A stretch of 64,000 bases of DNA from Sarea resinae (taxonomy: Eukaryota). The position numbers and the translations under genes were made by a program. The DNA lies in assembly GCA_026026165.1 (NCBI GenBank), contig JAPEUD010000013.1, forward strand, positions 372,001 through 436,000, written 5' to 3'. The notes under the pieces are model-generated. The model was not told the DNA's origin and ran no database searches. It saw only the letters and a list, made by a program, of their open reading frames with translations. How positions within the stretch are numbered: the first letter of the stretch is position 1; each line of letters starts with the position of its first letter. Shown here one piece after another: positions 40,715 to 52,552 of this stretch.

Positions 40715-43091
40715 ATGGGAAAGTGTAAGCGCCTCCCGAGCAACGCTCCAGTGACGTTATGTCAGTAAATCCCGCTGACACTTCTGTCTCTCTCGATCCT
40801 AGGGCGATATGGAGTTATTCTGGATGCAGGTTCCTCGGTATGCTCTCGAACCGAATGGTGAACACTCGTCCACAAAATACCATGAGCTAATCATTACTGC
40901 CTGAGCTGCAACAGGGGACTCGAGTCCATGTTTATAGATGGCTAGATAGCGCGAAAGAAAGGTCGCATATGAGCCAGCAGGAGCTGCACGGTCTACCGAT
41001 ATTGGAGACAAAGAAGAAATGGACTATGAAAACACATCCGGGTACGTATTACTTCTAGCCAGACAATGCCATCTTGGATCTTGCTATTATTGTGAAGAGC
41101 GGCTCATTATTGAAAATGAAACAGGAGTGTCAACATTTGCGGATAACCCCACTCTCATCGGCCCTGATCATCTCGAACCTTTGTTGAAACATGCTCTCAG
41201 CATTGTACCCAAGAATGCTATTGAGCATACACCGATATTTCTCTTAGCTACGGCCGGGATGCGCTTACTTCCTGAAATGCAGCAGAGGGAGCTCCTTGCG
41301 CAGATCTGCTCATACACACACTTAGCAACCAAGTTCCTCCTTCCGGATTGCGATCTGCATATTCAAGTGATATCTGGAGAGACCGAAGGTCTTTATGGCT
41401 GGATAGCAGCCAACTACCTACTTGGATCGTTCGACGCACCTGAAGCACATGTCCATGGCAAAGGTCACCATACTTATGGATTTCTGGATATGGGAGGAGC
41501 TTCGGCGCAAATTGCATTCGCGCCCAATGCTACAGAGGCTGAACGTCATGCAAATGACCTGAAGCTGTTAAGAATGCGGACAAATGACGGAGTTTCGACA
41601 GAGTATAGGGTATTTGTGACAACTTGGCTTGGTTTTGGCGTCAACCAGGCCAGAAGACGCTACGTCGATGCTCTATTGGAAGAGAGCCTTGATCCTGGTA
41701 TCCACGAGCTGCCAGATCCTTGTTTACCTGCCGGGCTTGCCGTTACGAAGCAGGGGGGGGTAATCAGATCTGATTCAAAAGAAGCCAAAGGGAGAGAATC
41801 TATTTTAGTAGGTACGGGGCGCTTTGACGAATGTCTCAGGCGAACCTATCCGCTGCTAGACAAGGACGCTCCTTGCGAAGATCAGCCTTGCCTACTCCAT
41901 GGCGTACATGTTCCAGCTATCGACTTCGACGTCAATCATTTCGTGGGTGTGTCGGAATACTGGCATACAACACACGAGATATTCGAGATGTCATACGCAG
42001 ACAAGACTTATGACTTTAACACTTATCAGACGCGAGTTCGAGACTTCTGCAGTCAGGATTGGGATGAGATTTCAAAAGGATTAAGCACAAAGAAGTGGGG
42101 TGGAAAGGTGGATGAGACAACTGCAGTAGAGGTTTGCTTCAAAGCTTCCTGGCTAATCAACATGCTACATGACGGTATTGGCATTCCTAGAGTTGGGCTT
42201 GAAGATACTAGGAGCAGTCAACATAACGGTACTAAGGAAGTCTTACAGCACGCTAAAGAGAAAGGTTATCTTGACCCTTTTCAATCCGTCGACAAAATTA
42301 AGGACACGGAAGTTAGCTGGACTCTAGGGAAAATGATTCTCTATGCTTCCAGTCAAGTTCCTCCACCTGCGGATGACGCGCTTCCCGTGGGGTTTGGGGG
42401 AAATGTGCCAGGGGTGCCTGTAGACTTTCAGTTCGCTGGTTCTGATTACGCTCCTCTTCCAGATTCTGCGTACGCTGATGATGGCGATGACGATTGGCAC
42501 GACAAGCTTTTGAATTCCAAAGCATCCCGCCGCATTCCCGGCTTCATACTCTTCATATTGATTTTGTGCATTGCCGTCTATTTCCTTTACGGCCGCGATC
42601 GAAGGAAGATGGTTTTCCAGAGAATGAAGAGAGCTTACCGTCGAGGTCGTGATAATTCAGACAGACGGAGAGCACGCCGAGGCAAAATATTTGGATTTGG
42701 CAATTCAAGGCATTACGATCGCGTCTTGGAGGACGGGGATGCTGCAAGAGATTTTGAGTTGGATCAGGTAGACTCGGATGGTCATTCGGATTCGAGTGAT
42801 GGCAGTCGCGTCGGCAGATCGTCTGGTTGGGCCACTCCTAGGGTACCCTCTAGTTTCGAGAACGCATCCAGTGGTTACTTTGATGTTGTGTCGACTCAGG
42901 GAGTTGGATCCGGGTTCGGCTCAGCGAATGCTTCCTCCAACGCCATCGATAGAAGTGGAGTAGTGGTCAGAACCGAGAGTCGTGAGAGGTTAGCAGCTGG
43001 CTCCGGCAATTCTGATAAACGAAGTCGAAATGGGAGTCCATCGCGACTTAAGAGTCCTCTACCTACACCATTTGGAAAATCTTCAGGCTAG
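40715..43091 (+). CDS. YND1: Golgi apyrase (GDA1/CD39 family) with a C-terminal transmembrane segment; 4 exons
   Basis: MGK|WRYGVILDAGSS|GTRVHVYRW...|...LATAGMRLL, GETEGLYGW, DMGGASAQI, SWTLG (apyrase conserved regions); TM GFILFILILCIAVYFLY. Confidence 0.92.
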
Positions 43092-43418
43092 CGCTTAACT
43101 CTCCCTTCCGCATTCAAACATGTGCTGCTGTTTCCAACTCATGTCGGTATCCAGCCTGTTTGTGCTCGCAAGGAAGGGATCGAAATTTTTTCACGAATGC
43201 GAGCTCGATATAGGGTGGATTACAGGCGTTTGTTTTCGGGATTCTTGAGAGAAAATACTTTCTTAGGGCAATTGAAATCTGGGTCGTAGCCCATCTATTT
43301 CGCAACTTCCAGGCCTTCAATATCAGCCTCCTAGCAAGTGAGGGCGGTTCTCAAATCCCTATTTACTATAGAAGATCTCAAGGGTGCCCCGCAGGAAGAT
43401 CCGCGGTGAGAATGTTCA

Positions 43419-44075
43419 TTAAGCTTCATCCCTTTCAAGGAAGCCAGGATCTAGTTCAATTCTTTTCTCAAATTTCGTCCACCAATCCTGGAAACTGCGC
43501 AGCGGTATGACCTCACTGCCTCCCTGCCCGGCGGCAAAACTTGCGAGAAAGTTGAATGCATTTTTAATAATCCTTTGAGCCAGAACTCTTGTTGAAGGCG
43601 GCCTTCTGACTAATTCTGTCGAATTCGAACCCGCAACCATGGTTTGTGACTGTCCATCTGCACCGCCTTTCGCAGAGGCCAATTGTGCTCCTATGTTCGC
43701 GGCGGGCTCAACAGAGATTCCTAATATGATATTCGGTCCCAGTGTTCCTGTTCCGGCGGGGCTCTCTGACGGCATCGTCTCATCTATCATGGCATCATCG
43801 CCCGACTGCTGAGCTGACGTGCCCAAGTGATTCACCTTGAAGATGGCGCTTTGTTTTGAATTATCAATTGCACCGAGAAGCTTGAAGTCAGGGCTTGGGG
43901 GTATCTGGATATAGACAGCTGCGGCCATATCTCCGGGCAGGGAATTTCCAGGTAGAAGAAAGACGACAATGTGGTTGAAAGAGGGAGAGGCTGGAATGGT
44001 GAAAGCGAATTGAGTGGGCGAGATCGTCTGTAGATTGGTCTGGACAGGCCGTCCCGCACAAATGGCGCCGAACAT
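43419..44075 (-). CDS. OPI10: Hikeshi/OPI10 (DUF775) family protein
   Basis: MFGAICAGRPVQT..HIVVFLLPG..AAAVY..LLGAIDNSKQSAIFK..LGISVEP..LAQRIIKNAFNFLASF..WWTKFEKRIELDPGFL. Confidence 0.88.
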   Translation of the reverse strand: MFGAICAGRPVQTNLQTISPTQFAFTIPASPSFNHIVVFLLPGNSLPGDMAAAVYIQIPPSPDFKLLGAIDNSKQSAIFKVNHLGTSAQQSGDDAMIDETMPSESPAGTGTLGPNIILGISVEPAANIGAQLASAKGGADGQSQTMVAGSNSTELVRRPPSTRVLAQRIIKNAFNFLASFAAGQGGSEVIPLRSFQDWWTKFEKRIELDPGFLERDEA

Positions 44076-44514
44076 GGTCCGAATAAGTGGTTCACAGTTG
44101 TGCGCAGAGAGCGGTCAGGGTATGAGTCGTCTGAATCGTCTAAAATGATAACGTGTGGGATTGTTTATAGCTACCAAGCACATAGAGCTGAGTGGTTGAG
44201 GGATGGTTTAGTAGGTATGATTGAAAGACTCACGATCTTACCAGTAAATGTACTCACTGAGGTACCTACCCTACCGTACCTACGATTCCATAGCCCTGGA
44301 GATCAACACAGCGGAGCCCTGGAGATTTAATACCGCACGGTAGAGAAAGCCCCTCAGCTGCGCAGTTCTGATCCAACGTTGCTACTACCTACCTACTAAC
44401 TAAAACCTGAGGTAACTTTATAGATGTCGGTCACAGCCTAAGCTGCTGTCAATTCTCCTTACTCTTTTTGCACATAGGTAATCAGGATACATATATATAT
44501 GCACGTCGGCAGTC

Positions 44515-45530
44515 ATGAAGTCAAACCTCGACCTCGTTGAGGAGTGCGACAGGTGCGCAAACCTGGTTGGCTGGAGAGCTTCCAAGTCACTCACTTCACC
44601 TCTCTGCACATTGACTAATCATTCTCATCGATCCCTAGCTTTCCCTATCAACACTCAAATCCAACGGCATATGCAAGCTATTATCTGTTCAAAGTTCGCG
44701 GCTGCAATTCTCCTCTTGGATACATCTTGGCGTCGACTGCCGATAATTTCCAAGGCTTTCCTGGCTGGGAGGTGGATCACAATACACATGTGCTGACACT
44801 GGTCCACGGCTCCACAGCGCAAGAGCGAAGCAAGGTTGTGGCGAGAACAGCAGAGACGCTACGGCAAATGGATAAATTCCAGATTCTCAGAGGATGGCGC
44901 AATGAGCTCTTTCCCGTCTACGGCATGATGGGAGAGCTCCTTTTCGATGTTGAGCGCGCGGCGAGTCCACTGTTGGGGATCGTCAGTTATGGAGTGCACA
45001 TGACGGCGTATGTTCGATCTGGCCAGACTTTGAAGGTGTGGGTTCCGAGGAGGGCGAAAACCAAGCAAACGTATGGTGGAATGCTTGACAATACAGTTGC
45101 TGGAGGTATGAGCACGGGCGAGCAGCCATTTGAGACATTGGTCCGGGAGGCGAGTGAGGAAGCCTCACTTTCAGAAGCTCTAGTACGGAGAGACGCAAAA
45201 CCTTGTGGTACGGTATCCTACTTTCATGTGCGAGGTGAGCGGGCTGGAGGGGAAACCGGCCTTCTGCAACCGGAATGTCAGTACGTATATGATCTCCAGG
45301 TCGAGGAGGGCATAAGGCCAAGACCAGGGGACAATGAGGTGGAGGACTTTTATCTGCTCAGTGTAGACCAAATTAAGGCTGCTCTGAAACAGGGCGAGTT
45401 CAAGCCCAACTGCGCCTTAGTATTGTTGGACTTCTTCATTCGTCACGGCATCCTCACGCCAGAGAACGAGAAGGACTACATCGAGATCGTTGCTCGAATA
45501 CATCGCCGCCTAGAGTTTCCGACTTGCTGA
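44515..45530 (+). CDS. NUDIX hydrolase, thiamine-pyrophosphokinase-related (yeast YJR142W type); 2 exons
   Basis: MKSNLDLVEECD|..FPY..GWRNELFPVYG..ERAASPLLGIVSYGVHMTAY..KQTYGGMLDNTVAGG..LVREASEEASL (Nudix box)..GEFKPNCALV. Confidence 0.9.
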
Positions 45531-45694
45531 TGCCAGAGTTTTCTACACCGAACGCCGGCGCTTTGCCAAAATACCACAAATGCAGGATTATTGTACACTT
45601 TTCAACCTCGTGCGAATGCCACCAATCGAGTAGTCTTAGAGATATGCACAGCACCTGTGTCGTGTAGGGTCGTTTCCAGCCTCCTTGCCGAGTC

Positions 45695-46199
45695 TCATTT
45701 CTTCAGGAGGAGATAGATGTAGTCGACACGAAGCGGAGTGAGCTTCTTGTATGGGCCGTCCAGGAAGAGCAACAGTCCGCCGAAGGAGGCGAACACCTTT
45801 CTAAATATGGGGTCTCTTGGTCAGCCTCATGTGTACATCCTTTAAGAGGAGTCCAAGCCAATGGGAAGCAACAAACATCGTATCATTATCTCCTTCCTCG
45901 AAACGATATATCTTCCCATGGCAGACATAGTCGAAGTCATCCGCCAAACTCGACTCTCCCCTGGCCGCTTCGCGCCAACCTTTACCATCATCCTTGGTAC
46001 CGTCCAGAGACAGCGTGGAGGCAAGCACGAGTTGCATTTGGTCATTGACAGCACAAGGATAGAGCTCCGTATTGACATCAAGAGTGAAGACGGTGTCGCC
46101 ATTAGGAGAGCTGCCAGAGAGACGCGATACTCGGTCGTACTTTTGCGCATTTATAGAGGTGACACTGAAAGTATCCTCATAGAGCTGAGAGTCGGACAT
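45695..46199 (-). CDS. RPB8: RNA polymerase I/II/III common subunit RPABC3; 2 exons
   Basis: MSDSQLYEDTF..KYDRVSR..LDVNTELYP..SLADDFDYVCHGKIYRFEEG..|KVFASFGGLLLFLDGPYKKLTPLRVDYIYLLLKK*. Confidence 0.95.
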
Positions 46200-47397
46200 G
46201 GTAGGTGGCAGCAAAAGAGCTAAGATGCACCGCAATGAGATCTAGAAAGTCTTATGGAGTACGTGTTCTTCAGATTGTTTCTTGGGCCGGCTATGGCAAG
46301 TGGTGTCAGGTGAAAGAGAAGGTCGATGTTCTAGTAAATTATTCTTCCGATGCTCTCACTATGCAACGCTGCCGTAAGGGTTGGACGTAGTGAAGGCAAA
46401 CTCAGAAGAGATCAGTAAAGCGGCATGTGCGTACCTGAGCGCAAATTGCGGTCATGGATGGATGAGATAGCCCGAGAGTCTAGAAATCTGACCTAGGGTA
46501 GGCCATAGAGATCAGGCGTGCAGGATTAATCACATACCCACGCAGTAGCCCTCCAGGGCTGGGCGGCCTGATTCGACCATGGCACGCTACATCTGGCCAG
46601 GTCTGACACGCCAGCTGAGGGGTCCGGAGGTTAGTAGCTTCATCTCATACGAACTACGAGCGAAAAACTCTGGTGTACACTGAACAACCACACGATCCTG
46701 GGATAATGCAGGTCTGTCGCCCGCGCGCCAATAATGAGGCTCCTGAATTGTGGAGAAAGTTCCCAATTCTCTGGTCCCAGAACGCCAGGATCCCATGGAG
46801 GCCTGGTGAGCTGAAAGCGCGCGCGTTGATATCGCGCGAAGTGGTGGGGGATCAGGGGGTTTACTGCGCAGTATGCGGCTTGCCATCGCCAATCTGGGGG
46901 ACGTGTTCAATCGCTTGTCGGCCCACTCCACAGCAAGCAAACTACTCCGGAGTAGTACTCGTCGTAAGAGAACTCATCGGGCGCGGGTATGTCCTTACCG
47001 TTTCGGACTCTCGAGCGCTTAAAGCTGGAGAACTACTCCGAGTATAGTGACTACTCCGGTAGTGGCTGGACTTTAAAGGCAGCGAGCGTCGTCAACTGTA
47101 AGCGCACCTAATGTTGACTCTTCACTGTGGTACTGAAAACATCACTGATACACAATCTCAAGTTCTATAGACCGTCCATGTTCTGTAAACGCAGCAAGAG
47201 TCTTACTGCAAGAATGTGCGATCTATAGTCTGGACCCGTGGCGCTTGTATGCTGGCTACGCAACCATCACTACTTCATTCATATTCTAGGTACCTAACCC
47301 TTCAGACTGGAAAACGTCAGCCTCCATAGATTGGACATACGGAGAACATCTACCCCACATCCATTGTTGCCCTGAAAGCTTTGGCAGCCAAGCCAAG

Positions 47398-50300
47398 ATG
47401 AGCATCGACTTTCCCACAACGGAGGAAGACATTCTCCGGTACTGGCAAGAGATTGACGCCTTTCATACGCAACTTCGTTTGACAGAAGGCCGTGAGCATT
47501 TTACCTTTTATGATGGCCCACCTTTTGGTATGTCGTCGTCGACCCTACTGAATGTGTCTCGCGCAGTGGTCACTAATTCGATGGACTCGCAGCAACCGGT
47601 ACGAGTCATTTTCACTTCCGTAGTCGTGTTGCTTTAACATTCTCCTAGGCTTGCCGCACTATGGGCACCTCCTTACCTCCACCGTTAAAGATATCATACC
47701 ACGATACTGGTCAATGAAAGGATACCATGTCATTCGTCGCTTTGGTTGGGATACTCATGGCTTGCCTATTGAGTATGAGATCGACAAGACACTAGGTATC
47801 TCGGGCAGAGATGCTGTCATGCAGATGGGCATAGAAAAGTATAACGCGGAGTGCAGAGCTATTGTCATGAGATATGCCAGCGAGTGGAGACGGACTATCG
47901 AGCGTTTAGGTCGATGGGTCGACTTTGATAACGATTACAAGGTATAATGCAGTTTGGCACCACTCAGCTTGAATTCGTACTCAGGTTGTTTTAGTCGCTA
48001 GATGTCACTTTCATGGAGTCTTGTTGGTGGGTTTTCAAACAGCTCTTTGACAAAGACCAAGTCTATCGTGCCTACCAAATCATGCCCTTCTCGACAGCAC
48101 TCTGTACACCACTAAGCCATATAGAATCGAAGCAGAACGAAAAAACAACCCAAGACCCTGCGATACTGATAGCATTCCCGGTGCTCGGACGCAAGAGCCA
48201 GGAAAGCACTTCGCTTGTAATCTACACGACAACACCATGGACTCTAACGTCGAACCTCTTCATTGCTGTGCACCCCCAATTCAAGTACATTGAGATACTT
48301 GACGAAAAATCGGGAAACCAGTATGTCCTGTTAGAAAGTGGGCTTTCCATGCTCTACAAGGATCTGAAAAAGGCGCAGTACAAAATCACTCAGAAAATCA
48401 CCGGGCAGGACATGATTGGCTGGAAGTACAAGCCTCTTTTTCCTTATTTCGTCGATCGGTACTCCGATTGCTTCCAGGTCATTGGAGCCGACTACGTCGA
48501 GGCTGCCGAGGGCACAGGCCTTGTGCATCAGGCTCCAGCCTTCGGTCAGGAAGATTATGATGCCGCAGTCGCGGCAGGCTTTATCTCTCCAGAGCGTTTG
48601 CCGCCGTGCCCTGTTGATGACAAGGGTCTCTTTACTTTCGAGGTACCAGAATATGTTGGTCAGCATGTGAAGTCTGCAGACAAAGCGATCCTCCGGGACT
48701 TGAGATCTACTGGTCGCCTCTTAGTTGATAGCCAAGTTTTTCATGTGGACAAGTTCTGCTGGAGGTCCGATACTCAGCTCATCAGAAAAGCCGTGTCTTC
48801 TTGGTTTATTCGAGTCACAAATTCAATCCCGGATATGATCAAGAATCTGGAATCGACAACTTGGGTCCCTAACACTGTCAGGGATAAGCGTTTCGCAAAT
48901 TGGATCTCTAATGCCCACGATTGGAACGTTTCCCGAAACAGGTACTGGGGGACTCCGATTCCCCTATGGGTTAGTGAGGACTACGAAGAAGTCGTCTGTG
49001 TTGGCAGCATCAATGAGCTCAAAGAACTTAGTGGCTACACTGGCAAGTTAGAAGACATTCATCGGGACAAAGTCGACGGAATAACAATTCCTTCCAAGCA
49101 AGGAAAGGGACTCCTGCGACGCGTGGATGAGATTTTTGACTGCTGGTACGGAATGTCTTGATCTTATTAGCGTGGAGGCTTACAAACCCAGGTTCGAGTC
49201 TGGAAGCATGCCTTACGCATCCTGCCACTATCCCTTTGAAAATGATGATCAGTTCCGCGGTGGTCGTTTTCCGGCAGACTTTATTGCCGAGGGGCTCGAT
49301 CAAACCCGTGGGTGGTTTTACACTTTGAGTGTTCTTGGAAACAAGCTGTTCCAGGACTCTCCGTTCCGAAATTGCATCGTCAATGGTATCATACTGGCCG
49401 AAGATGGCAAGAAGATGTCCAAGAGCCTCAAGAAATACCCGGACCCCAATACTGTATTAAATCTGTACGGCTCTGACGCTTTAAGGCTCTATCTGATCAA
49501 CTCCCCAGTTGTTCGAGCAGAGTCAATACGCTTCAAAGAATCCGGCGTCAAGGAGGTAGTATCTAGCGTCCTTCTTCCACTGTGGAATAGCTATCGCTTC
49601 TTTTTCGAGCAAGTGACTCTATACAAGAAGAGTACCGGCTGCGATTTCATTGCAGAGCCCGAGCTGACAGAGGGCGGTTTGACCAATGTTATGGACAAAT
49701 GGATCCTCGCGGACTGTCAGAGCTTGTTGCGGTTCATGGACCAAGAGATGCGATGTGAGTAGCATTCTTCTTCCATTGCAACAACATAACTGACTCGTAA
49801 GGCTACCGTCTCTTTGCCGTTGTACCGCGATTGCTACAGGTTATTGACAATCTAACCAATTGGTACATTCGATTCAACCGCAAGAGACTGAAAGGTGTCG
49901 CAGGCCTTGAAACCGAGGACACGAAAGCTGCACTGAATACCCTTTTCCAATTGCTTTTCACAATCGTCCGAGCCATGGCGCCATTCACGCCTTTTATTAC
50001 CGTGCATATCTATGGGCTCCTAAAACCATACCTCGGCGATGCGGCAGCTCAATTCCAAGACTCGAGAAGCGTGCACTTTCTTCCATTTCCGACAGTGCAA
50101 GAGGCGCTATTTGATGAGGTAATTGAAAGAAAGGTTTCTGCAATGCAAAAGGTTATTCAACTTGCTAGGGCGGCCAGGGAGCGTTGCAATATTTCTCTGA
50201 AGACCCCCGTTCTCTCGCTTGTGGTCATTGCAGACACACAATTCATCTCTGACGTGCAATCGCTACAGTCTTATGTGAAGGAGGAACTCAATGTCCGAGA

Positions 50301-50910
50301 TGTCATCTTGACCAGTGATGAAGAGCAATACAACATTTTGCTTGAAGCCCGAGTCGATTGGCCCACTCTTGGCAAGAAACTAAAGAAAGATGTCCAGGTG
50401 GTTCGTAGGGCTCTGCCCAATTTGAGTCAAGAACAGTTGAAGCAGTATTTACAAGACAGGGTGATCACCGTCGACGGAATTGAGCTCAACGAGCACGATC
50501 TGACCATCGTGCGAGTGCTAGGGAAGGAGACCGCCTATGACTTGAACGAGGTTGGGCCTCGGTGGGAAGCGGCTTTCTCGGAGGATGTCATTGTCTTGCT
50601 GGATACTGCCTCGCATGCGGACCTCCTCAACGAAGGACTGGCCCGCGAGATGATCAATCGCATCCAAAGAATGCGAAAGAAAGCTGGCTTAGTACCGACT
50701 GATGACATTCGCATGCAATACGCCATTGTTTCAAATCCCGAGAACGTCGACGTCAATGCAGTGGTGTCTACTAGACAATCGCTGTTCACAAATTCTCTCC
50801 ATAGAAGACTGGAGCAAACCCTAGATAGGGTATCAAGGGAGTCTATCATTGTGGAGGAAAAACAGGCTATTGGAAGCTTGATCCTGAAAGTTCGGCTTGC
50901 TAAAATTTGA
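47398..50910 (+). CDS. Isoleucyl-tRNA synthetase, eukaryotic cytosolic type, strongly diverged (probable second paralog); 6 exons including a 6-nt micro-exon
   Basis: FYDGPPF|AT|GLPHYGH (HIGH), [30 protein letters not shown] (editing), [56 protein letters not shown]. Reading frame intact after splicing. Confidence 0.93.
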
Positions 50911-50995
50911 TAAAATATTCTTTATTAGTTTGCAAGTATCTCTGTCACCTAATGAAGAGACTTTGTTTCTTAAAGGCGTGTTCTAATTGATGTGA

Positions 50996-51565
50996 GACGC
51001 GCTCCAGAATACAAAGATGCAGCACACCAGCACTGACGCCTTGATCGCACACTACCTCTCGCTGTGGATGACCGCTGATACCCGAGCCATCGTTTCTGGC
51101 TCCGAGCCTCAGTACGACCTGATTCGGGCGGTCTGCCGGATGGTGCGATGAATCGATCCTGTCCGGCCGACCGAGCAATTCCAGTCCCTCAATCAGTACT
51201 CCCGCATCCGCCGGCTCGTTGCACAGCGGAAGGGTTTGGAAACGTCGTTTCGCAGGAACGGCTACGAACAGCTCGGTTACAGCATCCTCGCCTGCGAGAT
51301 CGTCAGCGAGATTTTACGAAAAAGGACGACGCTCTTGAAGGAGCTTCAAAAGGAGTAGTATGTGGGACACCCAGTCCGCAAGATCAAGCTGCACCTCTCG
51401 AGCCCCGAAGTCGCCCAGGGCGTAAGAATGGCCGATGATATACCCCACAGCACAGGGGCGCCTTTCGAGACGATGATGACGCTCGCTATGTCCTTGGGAG
51501 GAGATTCGCCAGTGCAACGCAGTCATAAGTATCGTTGCGCATACTACCGTTTGAGGAAGTGGTAG
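50996..51565 (+). pseudogene. C-terminal fragment of a DUF3435-type tyrosine recombinase (Starship captain family), pseudogenised
   Basis: One frame reads DALQNTKMQHTSTDALIAHYLSLWMTADTRAIVSGSEPQYDLIRAVCRMVR*IDPVRP...ELQKE*YVGHPVRKIKLHLS...AYYR. It resembles the recalled DUF3435 pattern LQN..QH.S..F.KHYL...DT.AIV.G.EPQ..L.RAACRMSR.IDP.RP. Stops at 51149 (TGA) and 51356 (TAG). Confidence 0.7.
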
Positions 51566-51844
51566 CTGCCCTGAGGCCACTGGCTATCAAGCGGTTGAGA
51601 GACATCATTCTATAATCGGCGGTCGCGTAAGCCGACCAATAAGTTCTGAATACGCCCTTCGTGTCGGTAAACAGCGGAAACGGATCACTGTTTGCTTGTA
51701 CTAAGGGAAGTGGGAGTCTCGCACCAGAAGCGCGTTCAAGTATTTGCCCAGGAGACCTGATAAAGCACTCTTTGACTTTGTCAAACGCGGGAGTATTTTA
51801 AGCAGCTATTCCTCCGAGCTAGCAACCCTTCCTTACTTCTCCGC

Positions 51845-52552
51845 CTACTTCACAATCGCCATCAAAAAACCATCATAATCTTTCGCCCCGACCGTCTGCA
51901 TGACAACTGCTTCCACCCGACCGTCTTCTTCGACCCTCTCCACCAAGGAGACCGCCCTTTCGTCCCTCTTCTGCGGCCCCACGATGCCACTTGCCAACAA
52001 CTCCCTCACCACATTGTCCACATAAAGCACACTCCCCTTCCCCTTCGACAACCTCACCCCATAATCGAAATAATTCCATTGGTTGTCCCAGTCTGCATCG
52101 ATGAAGACGAAATCAAACCTTTCCCTCTCGCCTTTCTCAATCTCCGCCGCTAGTTTCGGCAGAACATCCAAACCCGCTCCAAGCACCACGTCGACCTCAT
52201 CAGGAACCTTCACGCCGGCAAATCGCAGGTTCTCAATTGCAACATCGCGCCTCCCGCTTTCGACCTCGATGCTCGTGACCTTTCCCCCGGTGCCATCCCT
52301 TCCTCTAAGGGCTTGAGCAAACCAGATGCTTGAGTACCCGCCCAAGGTGCCAATTTCCAGGACACTCCGCGCCCCGCACATTGTGGTAAGCAAGGAGATG
52401 AACTTGCCCTGGACCGGGGAGACGGCCACCATTGGCATGCCATGCTTGGTGCTGTTCTCGTAGGCGTGCGTGAGGCCCGGTTGGGCGGAGATAAGGTGGG
52501 ATTCTGTATAGGACTCTACCGCGTGGGTATGCACGACTTTCTCTAGAGACAT
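51845..52552 (-). CDS. O-methyltransferase family 3 (caffeoyl-CoA/MdmC-like); intronless
   Basis: AVSPVQGKFISLL..SVLEIGTLGGYSSIWFA (SAM motif I)..FDFVFIDADW..VDNVVR..MQTVGAKDYDGFLMAIVK*. Confidence 0.92.
   Translation of the reverse strand: MSLEKVVHTHAVESYTESHLISAQPGLTHAYENSTKHGMPMVAVSPVQGKFISLLTTMCGARSVLEIGTLGGYSSIWFAQALRGRDGTGGKVTSIEVESGRRDVAIENLRFAGVKVPDEVDVVLGAGLDVLPKLAAEIEKGERERFDFVFIDADWDNQWNYFDYGVRLSKGKGSVLYVDNVVRELLASGIVGPQKRDERAVSLVERVEEDGRVEAVVMQTVGAKDYDGFLMAIVK

Noticed and set aside
46400..47100. ORFs and intron-like signals upstream of RPB8 (possible island boundary or ncRNA)
   Set aside because: No domain, terminal repeat, target duplication or snRNA/snoRNA motif set could be identified.
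47398..50910. IleRS as a bacterial horizontal transfer or a mitochondrial enzyme
   Set aside because: Five spliceosomal introns, HYGH signature, eukaryote-type C-terminal domain and no presequence.
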